From Verrucomicrobiota bacterium (GTDB lineage: Bacteria; Verrucomicrobiota; Verrucomicrobiia; Limisphaerales; AAA164-E04): 64,000 nucleotides of DNA. Position numbers and translations under genes: made by a program. Of this stretch, positions 19,428-29,068 are shown piece after piece. The DNA lies in contig CP170459.1 in NCBI GenBank assembly GCA_047947115.1, positions 4,864,001 to 4,928,000 of the forward strand, given 5' to 3'. Within the stretch, counting starts at the first letter, position 1. Every line of letters starts with the position of its first letter. The notes below the pieces were generated by a model that ran no database searches, was not told where the DNA came from, and was given only the letters and a program-made list of their open reading frames with translations.

Positions 19428-21005
19428 ATGAAGAATAATCGCATCCTCATCTTTGACACCACCCTGCGCGACGGCGAACAATGCCCCGGAGCTTCCATGA
19501 ATCTGCGTGAGAAGCTCGAAGTGGCGCGCCAGCTGGCACGCCTGAAGGTGGATGTGATCGAGGCCGGTTTCCCGGTGATCAGTGATGGCGATTTCACAGC
19601 GGTCCAGACAATCGCCAAAGAAATCAAAGGTCCCATCATCGCCGGACTCGCCCGTTGCGTGCCTAAAGACATTGATGCGGCCGGTGAAGCAGTCAAACCC
19701 GCCGGCAAAAAAGGACGGATTCATGTGTTTTTGGCCACTTCCAAGATTCATCGGGAGTTCAAATTGGGCAAAGCTCAGGATGAAATCGTGCGATTGGCCG
19801 TCAGAGGCGTCGAGCAGGCAAAAAAATACGTCGACGACGTGGAATTTTCTCCCGAAGACGGATCGCGAACAGAACCGGAGTTTCTGGTCAGGGTATGCAA
19901 GGAAGTCATTGCCGCAGGCGCCACCACCATCAACATCCCCGACACCGTCGGTTGGGCGGTCCCGGGGGAGTTTGGGGAATTGATCAGTCATTTGTACAGC
20001 GAAGTTCCCGAGTTCCAATCCGGCAAGGCCATCATCAGTGTCCATTGCCACAATGACCTGGGCTTGGCGGTCGCCAACTCCCTGGCCGCAGTGCAGGCCG
20101 GGGCGCGTCAGGTGGAATGCACGGTCAACGGTATCGGCGAACGTGCCGGCAACGCATCACTGGAAGAAGTGGTGATGGCCATGAAAACGCGTGCCGATGT
20201 TTACAAGGGTTTCAAATGCGGTGTGAACACCAAGGAAATCGTCAAGTCATCGCGTTTGGTGTCACGAATGAGCGGTTTGACCGTTCAACGCAGCAAGGCC
20301 ATCGTGGGTGAAAACGCCTTCGCACACTCAAGCGGCATCCATCAGGACGGCATCCTGAAAAAGCGGGAAACTTACGAAATCGTTGATCCTGAAGATGTGG
20401 GTTGGGGGCAGACTGAGTTGCCATTGACCAAACACAGCGGACGTGCTGCGGTGAACGCACGTTTGAAGCACTTGGGTTTCAAGATGACCGACACCGACGT
20501 CCAGGCCATCTTCGCCCGCTTCAAGGAAATCGGAGACAAGAAGAAGTTTGTCTATGACGACGACCTGCTCACATTGGTGGAAGGGCATATCACGGAAGTT
20601 CCGGAAACCTGGTCTCTGGAATACGTGCAAGTCACCACCGGCAATCAAGCCATCCCGACCGCAACCGTCCGGTTGGTCAAGGCTGGAAAAAAGAAATCGG
20701 AAAAAGCCGAGACCATGGAAGATGCCGGTATCGGAGACGGTCCGGTGGACGCGGCCTTGAAGGCAATCGACCGATTGACCACGACCCACGGTGTGCTCAA
20801 GGATTACAACATCCGGGCCGTGTCCCAGGGCAAGGACGCGCTCGGTGAAGTCACGGTCAAGGTCGACTTCGGGGACGGAGATCTTGTGACTGGAAAAGGC
20901 GCCGGCACCGACGTCATCGTCGCCAGTGCCAAAGCCTACCTGAATGCGGTCAACCGCTTCATGTCGAGCGAATCCAGAAAGGGCAAAGCCAAAATGCAGC
21001 CCTGA
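19428..21005 (+). CDS. leuA: 2-isopropylmalate synthase
   Basis: IFDTTLRDGEQCPG; HCHNDLGLAVAN; GIGERAGNASLEE; HSSGIHQDG; GDGPVDA regulatory domain. Confidence 0.97.
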   Translation: MKNNRILIFDTTLRDGEQCPGASMNLREKLEVARQLARLKVDVIEAGFPVISDGDFTAVQTIAKEIKGPIIAGLARCVPKDIDAAGEAVKPAGKKGRIHVFLATSKIHREFKLGKAQDEIVRLAVRGVEQAKKYVDDVEFSPEDGSRTEPEFLVRVCKEVIAAGATTINIPDTVGWAVPGEFGELISHLYSEVPEFQSGKAIISVHCHNDLGLAVANSLAAVQAGARQVECTVNGIGERAGNASLEEVVMAMKTRADVYKGFKCGVNTKEIVKSSRLVSRMSGLTVQRSKAIVGENAFAHSSGIHQDGILKKRETYEIVDPEDVGWGQTELPLTKHSGRAAVNARLKHLGFKMTDTDVQAIFARFKEIGDKKKFVYDDDLLTLVEGHITEVPETWSLEYVQVTTGNQAIPTATVRLVKAGKKKSEKAETMEDAGIGDGPVDAALKAIDRLTTTHGVLKDYNIRAVSQGKDALGEVTVKVDFGDGDLVTGKGAGTDVIVASAKAYLNAVNRFMSSESRKGKAKMQP

Positions 21006-21031
21006 CCCAAGTTTGGTCATCAAACACTTGC

Positions 21032-21066
21032 AAAAAGGAAAGATCCAAAAGGGTCTTTCCTTTTTT
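21032..21066 (+). terminator. Intrinsic terminator after leuA
   Basis: aaaaaggaaagatcc-aaaa-gggtctttcctttttt. Confidence 0.85.
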
Positions 21067-21255
21067 CGTGGGAAACGTGGAACGATATGTTCATGCAATG
21101 TTTGAGGCATCCGCCCCAACTTTTTTTGAATAAAAAGCGCCACCCATGCGTCCGCAGGGAAGTTGAAAGCAAATTAACGATTTCCACGATCAAGACAACA
21201 CGCGCGGGTTGCATGCATTCAGGGAATCGTGATACGGTTTCGATCTGATTTGGGC

Positions 21256-23097
21256 ATGAACTTTTTGGAAACGATCAATCAAAATAAATGGATAGTAGCA
21301 GGAGGGGCCATTGCCCTCATTTCTGTGTTCTGGCTATTTCCATCCGGCAACACCACCGAGCAAGCGACTTTTACTGCCATCCGTGGCCCGATGTCCATAG
21401 ACGTCATTGAAGGCGGCACCATTGAAGCAACTGAAGCTCAAGTCATTAAATCACGAGTGGAAGGACGGGACGGCACCACCATCCTCAAAATCGTCGAACA
21501 AGGCTACCAAGTCACCGAAAAGGACGTGGCCGACAAAATGGTTTTGGTCGAACTCGATTCCTCGGCTATTGAAGAACGTATCAGAGCCCAGCAAACGGAC
21601 GTCCAGGGCGCGCTGGCGAATCTGATGGAATACGTCAAGCAACGTGAGATCCGGGAAAGCGCCAATTTGAGCAACATCAAGGACACCGGTATGAAGGCGA
21701 AGTTTGCCCTCATGGATTTCCAGAAATACCTGGGAGAATCGGCTGCCCAGAAAATTCTGGATGACATCGGATTATCCAAGGAATCCATCGACCAGGAAGC
21801 GGGTCAGCATTCGGCGGCTGGATTGAGCATGTTCGAAACCAGCCTCATGGACGCAGCCAACACCAATGCCATCGCCAAGGGCGATTCGACCCTTATCGAT
21901 GGCTTGGGTGACCCGGCGGCCATGATCAACAACTGGGGCACGAACGACGATCAGGATTTGTTGCCTGAGATCCGTGATTACAACGTGGACTTCAGCATCT
22001 ACACCCGGGAAGGAAATGAAGACCTGTTGGGTGATGGCGACGCGCGACAGGAACTACGCAAGCTCATGGATGCCGTATTGATTGCTGAAGCGGAATTCGC
22101 CTTGAAGAAAAAAACCTATGAAGGCGCCGTACGGCTCAACAAAAAGGGATTCATCACTCCCAACGAACTACAGAACAAGAAAATCGATTTCGACAAGAGC
22201 CAGAATTCGTTGGCCTCGACCCGCGCCTCACTGCAATTGTTCAAAACCTACAATATCCAGAAAGAAGCCGAACAATATCTGCTGAATTACGAACTCGCGC
22301 TCATGCGTTTGAGCCGGGCCAAAAAGGACGCCATTGCCGAAATGGCGGATAGTATCGGCGACCTCAATCGCGCCGAACGCGCCTACCGATGGGAAAAGAA
22401 ACAGTTGGACGATCTGGTGATTCAATTTCAGGCCTGCACCATCCGGGCCGAACGACCGGGACTGGTCGTTTACGGGGATGGGCGCGACCGATGGGATCCC
22501 GACGAGATCATTCGTGAAGGCGCCCGCGTTCGCGAGCGTCAGGCCATTATCACCATTCCCGACATGCGCCGCATGGCGGTTATGGTGCGGGTTCATGAAT
22601 CCCAGGTCAAACGCGTCAAGAAAGGGATGCCGGTTGAAATTGCCGTGGATGCTGAACCGGATCGATCCCTGACCGGTGAGGTGGAAAACGTCGGTGTTCT
22701 GCCGGATTCGGAAAACCGCCGATTCAATCCAGACCAGAAAGTTTACAAAACCTCCATTCGCATTGCCGGTATTCACGACTGGCTCAAGCCGGGCATGGCC
22801 GCGCAGGCGCGCATTGTGATCCGAGTATTGCAGGACGCCGTCATGGTGCCGGTCCAATCCGTTTTCAACTACGAAGGAATCACCTACTGCTGCGTGGAGA
22901 CATCATCCGGCCCTGAGGTGCGTCTGGTGCAAGTTAACGATTACAACAATCGGTTTGCGGCCATTCAGTCCGGCATCGAAGAAGGCGATGTGGTTTACCT
23001 GAGAAGACCAGATTCCGTCGACACCAGCGATATCGAAGCACTTGTCCCCGACACGCAAAACAATCTGCCGGCGACATTGCCCGGGAATGAGTCCTGA
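21256..23097 (+). CDS. Efflux periplasmic adaptor (HlyD/MacA-like membrane fusion protein) with a long helical hairpin
   Basis: N-terminal TM; GYQV..LVELDSS lipoyl half; TIRAERPGLVVY; VHESQVKRVKKG; LKPGMAA. Confidence 0.88.
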   Translation: MNFLETINQNKWIVAGGAIALISVFWLFPSGNTTEQATFTAIRGPMSIDVIEGGTIEATEAQVIKSRVEGRDGTTILKIVEQGYQVTEKDVADKMVLVELDSSAIEERIRAQQTDVQGALANLMEYVKQREIRESANLSNIKDTGMKAKFALMDFQKYLGESAAQKILDDIGLSKESIDQEAGQHSAAGLSMFETSLMDAANTNAIAKGDSTLIDGLGDPAAMINNWGTNDDQDLLPEIRDYNVDFSIYTREGNEDLLGDGDARQELRKLMDAVLIAEAEFALKKKTYEGAVRLNKKGFITPNELQNKKIDFDKSQNSLASTRASLQLFKTYNIQKEAEQYLLNYELALMRLSRAKKDAIAEMADSIGDLNRAERAYRWEKKQLDDLVIQFQACTIRAERPGLVVYGDGRDRWDPDEIIREGARVRERQAIITIPDMRRMAVMVRVHESQVKRVKKGMPVEIAVDAEPDRSLTGEVENVGVLPDSENRRFNPDQKVYKTSIRIAGIHDWLKPGMAAQARIVIRVLQDAVMVPVQSVFNYEGITYCCVETSSGPEVRLVQVNDYNNRFAAIQSGIEEGDVVYLRRPDSVDTSDIEALVPDTQNNLPATLPGNES

Positions 23098-23105
23098 GAT
23101 TGCGC

Positions 23106-24410
23106 ATGATCCCCTTGTCTCTGTCCCGCATCTCACACATCCTCAAGTTGGGATGGAAAAGCCTGTTGCTCCACAGACTGCGATCCATTTTGACGACCTT
23201 GGGCATGGTATTTGGCGTTGCGTCGGTGATTGCCATGCTGGCCATCGGTGAAGGAGCCAATCATGAAGCCCAGTTGCAGATTCAAGAACTGGGCAGCCAG
23301 AACATCATCCTGCGCACCATCAAACCGCCCGAGGAGGAAGACAAGCAGCAACGTCAGGGCAGTTACATTCTGGATTACGGGCTCACTTACGAGGACGTGA
23401 TGTCCATCCGAGAAACCATATCGGGCATCACACTGGTGGTGGAAGACCGCAAGGAACGCAAGACAGCCTATGCGGGACGCCAGAATGCCAATGTGGAAAT
23501 GGTGGGCACCGTCCCCTGGTATGGCGACCTGCGTCAGATCCAACTCAAGCGCGGACGCTTTCTGACAGAACGCGATCTGGAGGAAAACGCCAAAGTGTGT
23601 GTCATTGAAGAAAGTCTGAGTCAGCAACTGTTCCCCATCCATAAAATCATGGGCAACACTCTCCGCTTGGGGAGGCACTACTTTGAAGTGGTCGGCATGC
23701 TGCGGGATCCGGTATCACAGGAATCCGACCAGCCCGGCGGCGAGGACACGGAAACCGAAGATGCGGAGATACCACCGAGGGTCTTTATCCCGATCACCAC
23801 CGCGAAACGATTCTTCGGCGAAACCAGCGTGAAACGCATCGGATCCTATTTCCAAGCCGAGGCGGTGGAACTACACGAGGTCACCCTGAAGGTGGAAAAA
23901 CTCGAGGAAGTGGAAAGCATCTCCGAAGCGATCAAGGCTCGACTGGCCCAAACCCATGACAAGAATGATTTCGAGGTGGTCGTGCCCCTCATGCTCATGC
24001 GACAAGCGCTCCGCACGAAACGCATTTTCAACACCGTGCTGGGATCGATAGCAGGCATCTCGCTACTGGTGGGTGGAATCGGCATCATGAATATCATGTT
24101 GGCCAGTGTATCGGAACGCACCCGTGAAATCGGCATCCGACGCGCCCTCGGCGCCACACGACGGGACATCCTTTCGCAATTCATGACCGAGACGACTCTG
24201 CTGGCGAGTTCAGGAGGTATTCTTGGCGTGACATTGGGAATGGTCATTCCGTGGGTGGTGGGACAAGTGACGGATATGGTCACCATCGTGACCTGGTGGT
24301 CTCCCCTTCTGGCCTTTTCCGTGTCGGCGGCCACCGGTTTGATTTTTGGCATTTACCCCGCCAACAAAGCTGCGTGCCTGAGTCCCGTGGAAGCAGTAAG
24401 ACAAGAATAA
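23106..24410 (+). CDS. MacB-like ABC transporter permease (MacB_PCD + FtsX)
   Basis: RSILTTLGMVFGVASVIAMLAIGEG; SLLVGGIGIMNIMLASVSERTREIGIRRALGA; GIYPANKAA. Confidence 0.93.
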   Translation: MIPLSLSRISHILKLGWKSLLLHRLRSILTTLGMVFGVASVIAMLAIGEGANHEAQLQIQELGSQNIILRTIKPPEEEDKQQRQGSYILDYGLTYEDVMSIRETISGITLVVEDRKERKTAYAGRQNANVEMVGTVPWYGDLRQIQLKRGRFLTERDLEENAKVCVIEESLSQQLFPIHKIMGNTLRLGRHYFEVVGMLRDPVSQESDQPGGEDTETEDAEIPPRVFIPITTAKRFFGETSVKRIGSYFQAEAVELHEVTLKVEKLEEVESISEAIKARLAQTHDKNDFEVVVPLMLMRQALRTKRIFNTVLGSIAGISLLVGGIGIMNIMLASVSERTREIGIRRALGATRRDILSQFMTETTLLASSGGILGVTLGMVIPWVVGQVTDMVTIVTWWSPLLAFSVSAATGLIFGIYPANKAACLSPVEAVRQE

Positions 24411-24477
24411 GCTTTTTGTGATCATCGTGTATTTGTTTTTGAACCATCAAAAGGGAAATAAAAACCGGTTGGGACAC

Positions 24478-26214
24478 ATGTTCCGAACCGGCCGGGCGGG
24501 TGCCTGCTTCGTCATCATCCTGTTTGCATGCGCCACCAGCTGGACCGGATGTTCCACCCAACATTACGAAAGGAGCGCCAATCGTGAAGCCGCCTCATTG
24601 ATTGCGGAAAAGACCCCCGACGTTGCCAACATGGATCCGAAATTCGAGTTAACCAAACATGAGCCGGCCGTCCTGGAAGACTTGCCAGTTTACAACACTC
24701 TGGACACATTTCTTGGCCCCACCGGTCAAACCGAACTGGGAGCACGCGTCGTTTCTCTGGAAAAAGCCATTGAATTGGCCACAAAATACAACCGCAACTA
24801 CCTCACCCAAAAAGAAGATCTCTACCTGCAGGCCCTGTCCCTTTCACTCGCCCGGTTCCAATACACCCCCATATTCGGAGCTGGCGCCGGTGTTGCCACC
24901 ACGGATCGACAGCGGATTGCGGAAGACACCGCGACAGGTGTGGACGTCATCACACGCGAGCGCACCGTCAACAGCGACGCTGGAGTGGGGTTCAACTGGC
25001 TCTTGAGAACAGGAGGTCGCATTGCGACCGACTTCACCACCGACTTCGTTCGTTTCGTATCCAACGATTCCGGCTGGGCTACATCCTCCGCACTAGGAGC
25101 CAGCTTCACACAACCGCTTCTGAGAGGGGCGGGTTACCGTATCGCCATCGAAAACCTCACACAGGCCGAACGAAACCTGCTCTATCAGTTGCGTGATTTC
25201 ACCCGCTTCAGAAAGGAGTTCACAGTAGATATCGTCGCCAGTTACTACCAGGTGCTGCAGAACCGCGACCGGGTGCGAAATTCCTACCGGGGTTATAACA
25301 GTTTCAAAACCAGTGTGGAAAGGGAGACCGCACGGTCCGAAGAAGGCGAAACACCGATTGCGGAGTTGAATCGACTCAGAGAATCACTGCTCTCCACCGA
25401 ACAAGGCTGGATCAGTGCCATTCGCAATTACCAATTGTCGAGGGATCGGTTCAAAATCGATCTGGGACTCTCAATGGACATCCCCATCGTGCTGGATCAA
25501 AACGAGCTCGACAATCTTTCCATTCATCACCCCACCATCACCGTGGAGCAGGCCATCAAAGCCGCCACCCTGATGAGGCTCGATCTTGAAACAGTCCGGG
25601 ATCGACTGGTGGATGCACAACGAAAAATCAATGTCGCGGCAGACGGATTGCAGGCGGATCTGGATCTCTCCCTTTCCGGAAACATGTCCAGCCGACCGGG
25701 TAGCGGCGTGCAATTACCCGATCCACAGCAACGTTCCTGGACCGCATCACTCGGACTCGATCTCCCGATCAACCGCAAACGGGAACGCAACAACTACCGG
25801 TCCGCATTGATCGCTTTTGATCGGGCACAGCGTCAACACGACTTGTTCATCGATCAGGTCAAACTTGAAATTCAGGATGGCTGGCGAAATCTGGAACAAC
25901 GGAAACGTGAATTTGAAATCAGCGAGGTGCGAGTCGCCCTCAGCGAAAGTCGCAGTGAGGAGGAAATATTGAAACAGGATCTGGGACTTGGGCTGGCACT
26001 GAACCTGGTGGATGCTCAGAACGATTTGATCAATTCCCAGAACCAGCGAACCAGCGCCCTCATCAGTCACACCATTGCAAGACTGGGATTCTGGCGGGAC
26101 ATGGGCATATTGTTCATCAAGGAAAACGGTCAGTGGGAAGAACTCGACTATGAGGTCATCGACGAACAGTCATTGACTTCGATGCCAAAACTTGATCCAT
26201 CCGCCGGTCAATAA
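24478..26214 (+). CDS. TolC-family outer-membrane efflux lipoprotein
   Basis: Lipobox WTG-C; TQPLLRGAG; LDLPINRKRERN; two OEP repeats. Confidence 0.88.
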   Translation: MFRTGRAGACFVIILFACATSWTGCSTQHYERSANREAASLIAEKTPDVANMDPKFELTKHEPAVLEDLPVYNTLDTFLGPTGQTELGARVVSLEKAIELATKYNRNYLTQKEDLYLQALSLSLARFQYTPIFGAGAGVATTDRQRIAEDTATGVDVITRERTVNSDAGVGFNWLLRTGGRIATDFTTDFVRFVSNDSGWATSSALGASFTQPLLRGAGYRIAIENLTQAERNLLYQLRDFTRFRKEFTVDIVASYYQVLQNRDRVRNSYRGYNSFKTSVERETARSEEGETPIAELNRLRESLLSTEQGWISAIRNYQLSRDRFKIDLGLSMDIPIVLDQNELDNLSIHHPTITVEQAIKAATLMRLDLETVRDRLVDAQRKINVAADGLQADLDLSLSGNMSSRPGSGVQLPDPQQRSWTASLGLDLPINRKRERNNYRSALIAFDRAQRQHDLFIDQVKLEIQDGWRNLEQRKREFEISEVRVALSESRSEEEILKQDLGLGLALNLVDAQNDLINSQNQRTSALISHTIARLGFWRDMGILFIKENGQWEELDYEVIDEQSLTSMPKLDPSAGQ

Positions 26215-27796
26215 GCTCGTCCAGAACCCGTTTCATCACGGTGTCGACACGGCCCGTTGACCGGACCCGCACGAGGTTGTTCAACTCGGCATCACCAGGA
26301 GAGGCATACCGTGCAGCGAGCGTGGAAAAATCCTGGAGTCGGGCATCAGAGACCACTTGCTGCTCGCTGTCCCGACCTTTCAATCGCCGCCTGATCAGTG
26401 CATCCGAGGCGGTCAACTCAATCCATATGACCTCGACCTGCTTTCTTGCAAAGGCGCTGGCAAGTGCCTTTCTCACGGCTTCCTGCCCAAAGGTGGCATC
26501 CAGCACGACCGAACGATCACTCAGAACACAAGCTATCGCCCTGTCACGCAGAGCAGCGTAGGTCTTCTTGGTCATGGAGGATTGGTACAGGCGCTTTCTT
26601 TCCTCCTTGTCCGAACGATGCGTTGGAGTCATCCCCAGCAGTTCCTTGCGGACACGGTCCGAATTGATATGATCATATCCCAGACAGTCAGCCAGTCCCG
26701 CAGCAATGGTGGATTTGCCCGTTCCGATATTTCCCATAATAACAATCACCACCGGATGACGTCCCGTCACGGCATAATCCAGCGCAAGCTGAAAATAAGA
26801 AAAGGCACGCTTTCGTTTCAGGAGATTCCCCTTCCCTGATCGATCAGAACCCGAATCATACACCTGAAGAGATTCCACTTTGGCGCGCACCATGGCTCGA
26901 TAGGTTTTATAAAAATCCACCACCTGATGCATGGTGGCATCACCCATTAGGGCGGAGCTGCGTCGAAGCAAGTGGCGGGCCAGGTCGGATCGCCCGTAAA
27001 AATCCAGATCCATCGCCAGAAACCCCAGATCATTGGCCTGATCGATCCAACGCAAACCATCATTGAACTCAATGCAGTCGTAAATACGAATCGCCTCAGG
27101 GGTGACATGAATGTGGTCAAGATGCAGATCCCCATGGCACCAGCGCCAACACCGCCGCATGCGCTCAGTCAGAATACCACCCAAACGTTCGAATCCCAGT
27201 CGGGCATGTCGTCGCAGGGAAGCATGAACACAAGCAGGGACCAGGTCGTTGACAAATGGTTTGGTGAAACGGAAATTGTTTCGGATCGCAGTGCGCAAGT
27301 AGGAGACGGTTCCTTTCCTGGCCGACTGTGTTTCGGGTTGCGAATAAAAATCGTTCAGTAAAGAGATCACTCGATCCATGTCCGCAATCGTGATATCCCC
27401 CTTTTGTATTCGTCGGTCAAGAAACCATCTTGGTTGCAAATACCGCATCACCAACACCCATTCCACCAAATCCCCATGGGTCCATGAAAGGCGATCTCCA
27501 TGGCAGTAGAGGGGGATCAAATCAAGATAAACATCCGGAGCCAACTTTTGATTATACCGAAGTTCCCGCTCAAGATTGAGTCGGCGCAATGAAAGTGTGG
27601 AATAATCAAGAAATCCAAAGTCGACGTTTTTTTTGATCTTGTACACATATGGTTTGGCGATGATCACCAGGGATCCATGTGTCTGAATCACCTGGGTTTT
27701 TCCGGGGTGATGCGGATAAAAGGATGGATCCTGAAGACGCGCCAACAACCATTGAAAATCGGGCAACTTCTTTGAAGATGGTTTCGCTTTTGTCAT
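26156..27796 (-). CDS. Bifunctional aminoglycoside-phosphotransferase-like / AAA_33 P-loop kinase protein
   Basis: IQTHGS; YKIKK.VDFGFLDYST; CHGDLHLDHI; DCIEFN; GNIGTGKST; SDRVRK; VLDATF. Confidence 0.9.
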   Translation of the reverse strand: MTKAKPSSKKLPDFQWLLARLQDPSFYPHHPGKTQVIQTHGSLVIIAKPYVYKIKKNVDFGFLDYSTLSLRRLNLERELRYNQKLAPDVYLDLIPLYCHGDRLSWTHGDLVEWVLVMRYLQPRWFLDRRIQKGDITIADMDRVISLLNDFYSQPETQSARKGTVSYLRTAIRNNFRFTKPFVNDLVPACVHASLRRHARLGFERLGGILTERMRRCWRWCHGDLHLDHIHVTPEAIRIYDCIEFNDGLRWIDQANDLGFLAMDLDFYGRSDLARHLLRRSSALMGDATMHQVVDFYKTYRAMVRAKVESLQVYDSGSDRSGKGNLLKRKRAFSYFQLALDYAVTGRHPVVIVIMGNIGTGKSTIAAGLADCLGYDHINSDRVRKELLGMTPTHRSDKEERKRLYQSSMTKKTYAALRDRAIACVLSDRSVVLDATFGQEAVRKALASAFARKQVEVIWIELTASDALIRRRLKGRDSEQQVVSDARLQDFSTLAARYASPGDAELNNLVRVRSTGRVDTVMKRVLDELIDRRMDQVLASKSMTVRR

Positions 27797-29019
27797 GGCT
27801 GAAGGACTGGCAACTGGTTGAGCATCTGCTGCAGTTGATCGCTGGCCTTGGTGACAGCCTCGTGCGTCGCCGCATCTTCCACCGTTGCACGCACCGTTTC
27901 CAGGATCTGCATGCGTGTTTTGATCTCGTCGGCGGTGACGGGCGCATCGGCCAGGATCATTTGGTTCGCCCCGGTCATGCCCTCTGCCAGAGACTGCTTG
28001 ATGACTGCTGGAATCTGGGCATCCAGCATCAACGCATGATACATGCTGTTGGCCTGTTCGTTGGCACCAACGAACTTAAGGGCCCGCTGCGCCAGGGCGA
28101 GCTTGTCGGCAAGTCTCAACCGTTCCTCATTCTGAAAAATATTCGAGAGTCGATCCATGGCAGATTCCCCCTCCTGCTCCATGATGTAATCCAGTGCGTT
28201 GGCATCCAATCTTCCATCTGCGCGGACCACCTGTGTCTTTGCTTGTTCCAAATGACTCAGATCCCCAAGTTGATCCAGCAGGCGAAACAAGGCCAGACGA
28301 TCGGCATTGCTCAGTTCAAACCCGCTCTCGACCGATTCCGCGGCTTTGAGTAATTCGCGGGCGGCGGAGGCAATTTCGGCATTGTGTTTTCCGGGAGCCA
28401 GGGCGTCCAATTTGCCGGCAAGATGAATGATCTCCTCGGTACTTCCTGTCACTTTGAGCACATCCACCAGCGCTGCTTCAGAAGCGGGGCTTGCCATCAG
28501 GGAAAGCACTTCGATCAGGCCAAGACGAAGCGTTTCCGGCGCAGTGGCATCACTGGAATCTGTCGCGGCCCCCGGAAAGACCATCCCACCTGAAGCAGCG
28601 GCAGGACGCACGAAGACAACATCCTGATTCAATTGCAGAAAGTCCTGAATGGCGGGAATGGCAGTCTCACCGCTTTCAAGTAATTGTTCCAAATGATGAA
28701 TCACCCGCCAGAGTCGATGCTGATCGCTCGACCAATTAGCCTCATTCAAGACAATCAAGGCGTCCACAATACCGGCAGGGTCCAGTTGCGCTGTGCCCCC
28801 CTTTTCCACCGGCACCTCCTCACGCACCCACTGTGTCTTGTCCGCCTTAACCTTTTCCAGTTCGGCTTCCAGGGCATCAATACGTGTCTGCATCCGCGAT
28901 TCGATCACGGTCTGATGCTCTTTGAGCTGGTCCTTTTTCCACTGGGAAAGGGTGAAGAAACAGGTTGTATATCCAACCACCAGCGCAACAACGATCCAAA
29001 TCCAAGATTTCATATCCAT
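27793..29019 (-). CDS. Hypothetical membrane-anchored alpha-helical (HEAT-like) protein
   Basis: N-terminal TM and coiled coil followed by helical repeats; 4-bp overlap with the downstream gene. Confidence 0.7.
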   Translation of the reverse strand: MDMKSWIWIVVALVVGYTTCFFTLSQWKKDQLKEHQTVIESRMQTRIDALEAELEKVKADKTQWVREEVPVEKGGTAQLDPAGIVDALIVLNEANWSSDQHRLWRVIHHLEQLLESGETAIPAIQDFLQLNQDVVFVRPAAASGGMVFPGAATDSSDATAPETLRLGLIEVLSLMASPASEAALVDVLKVTGSTEEIIHLAGKLDALAPGKHNAEIASAARELLKAAESVESGFELSNADRLALFRLLDQLGDLSHLEQAKTQVVRADGRLDANALDYIMEQEGESAMDRLSNIFQNEERLRLADKLALAQRALKFVGANEQANSMYHALMLDAQIPAVIKQSLAEGMTGANQMILADAPVTADEIKTRMQILETVRATVEDAATHEAVTKASDQLQQMLNQLPVLQP

Positions 29020-29068
29020 TCCTCTCTTAAAGCCTAATCAAATACCCAATGGGAAGCAATCAACCATC

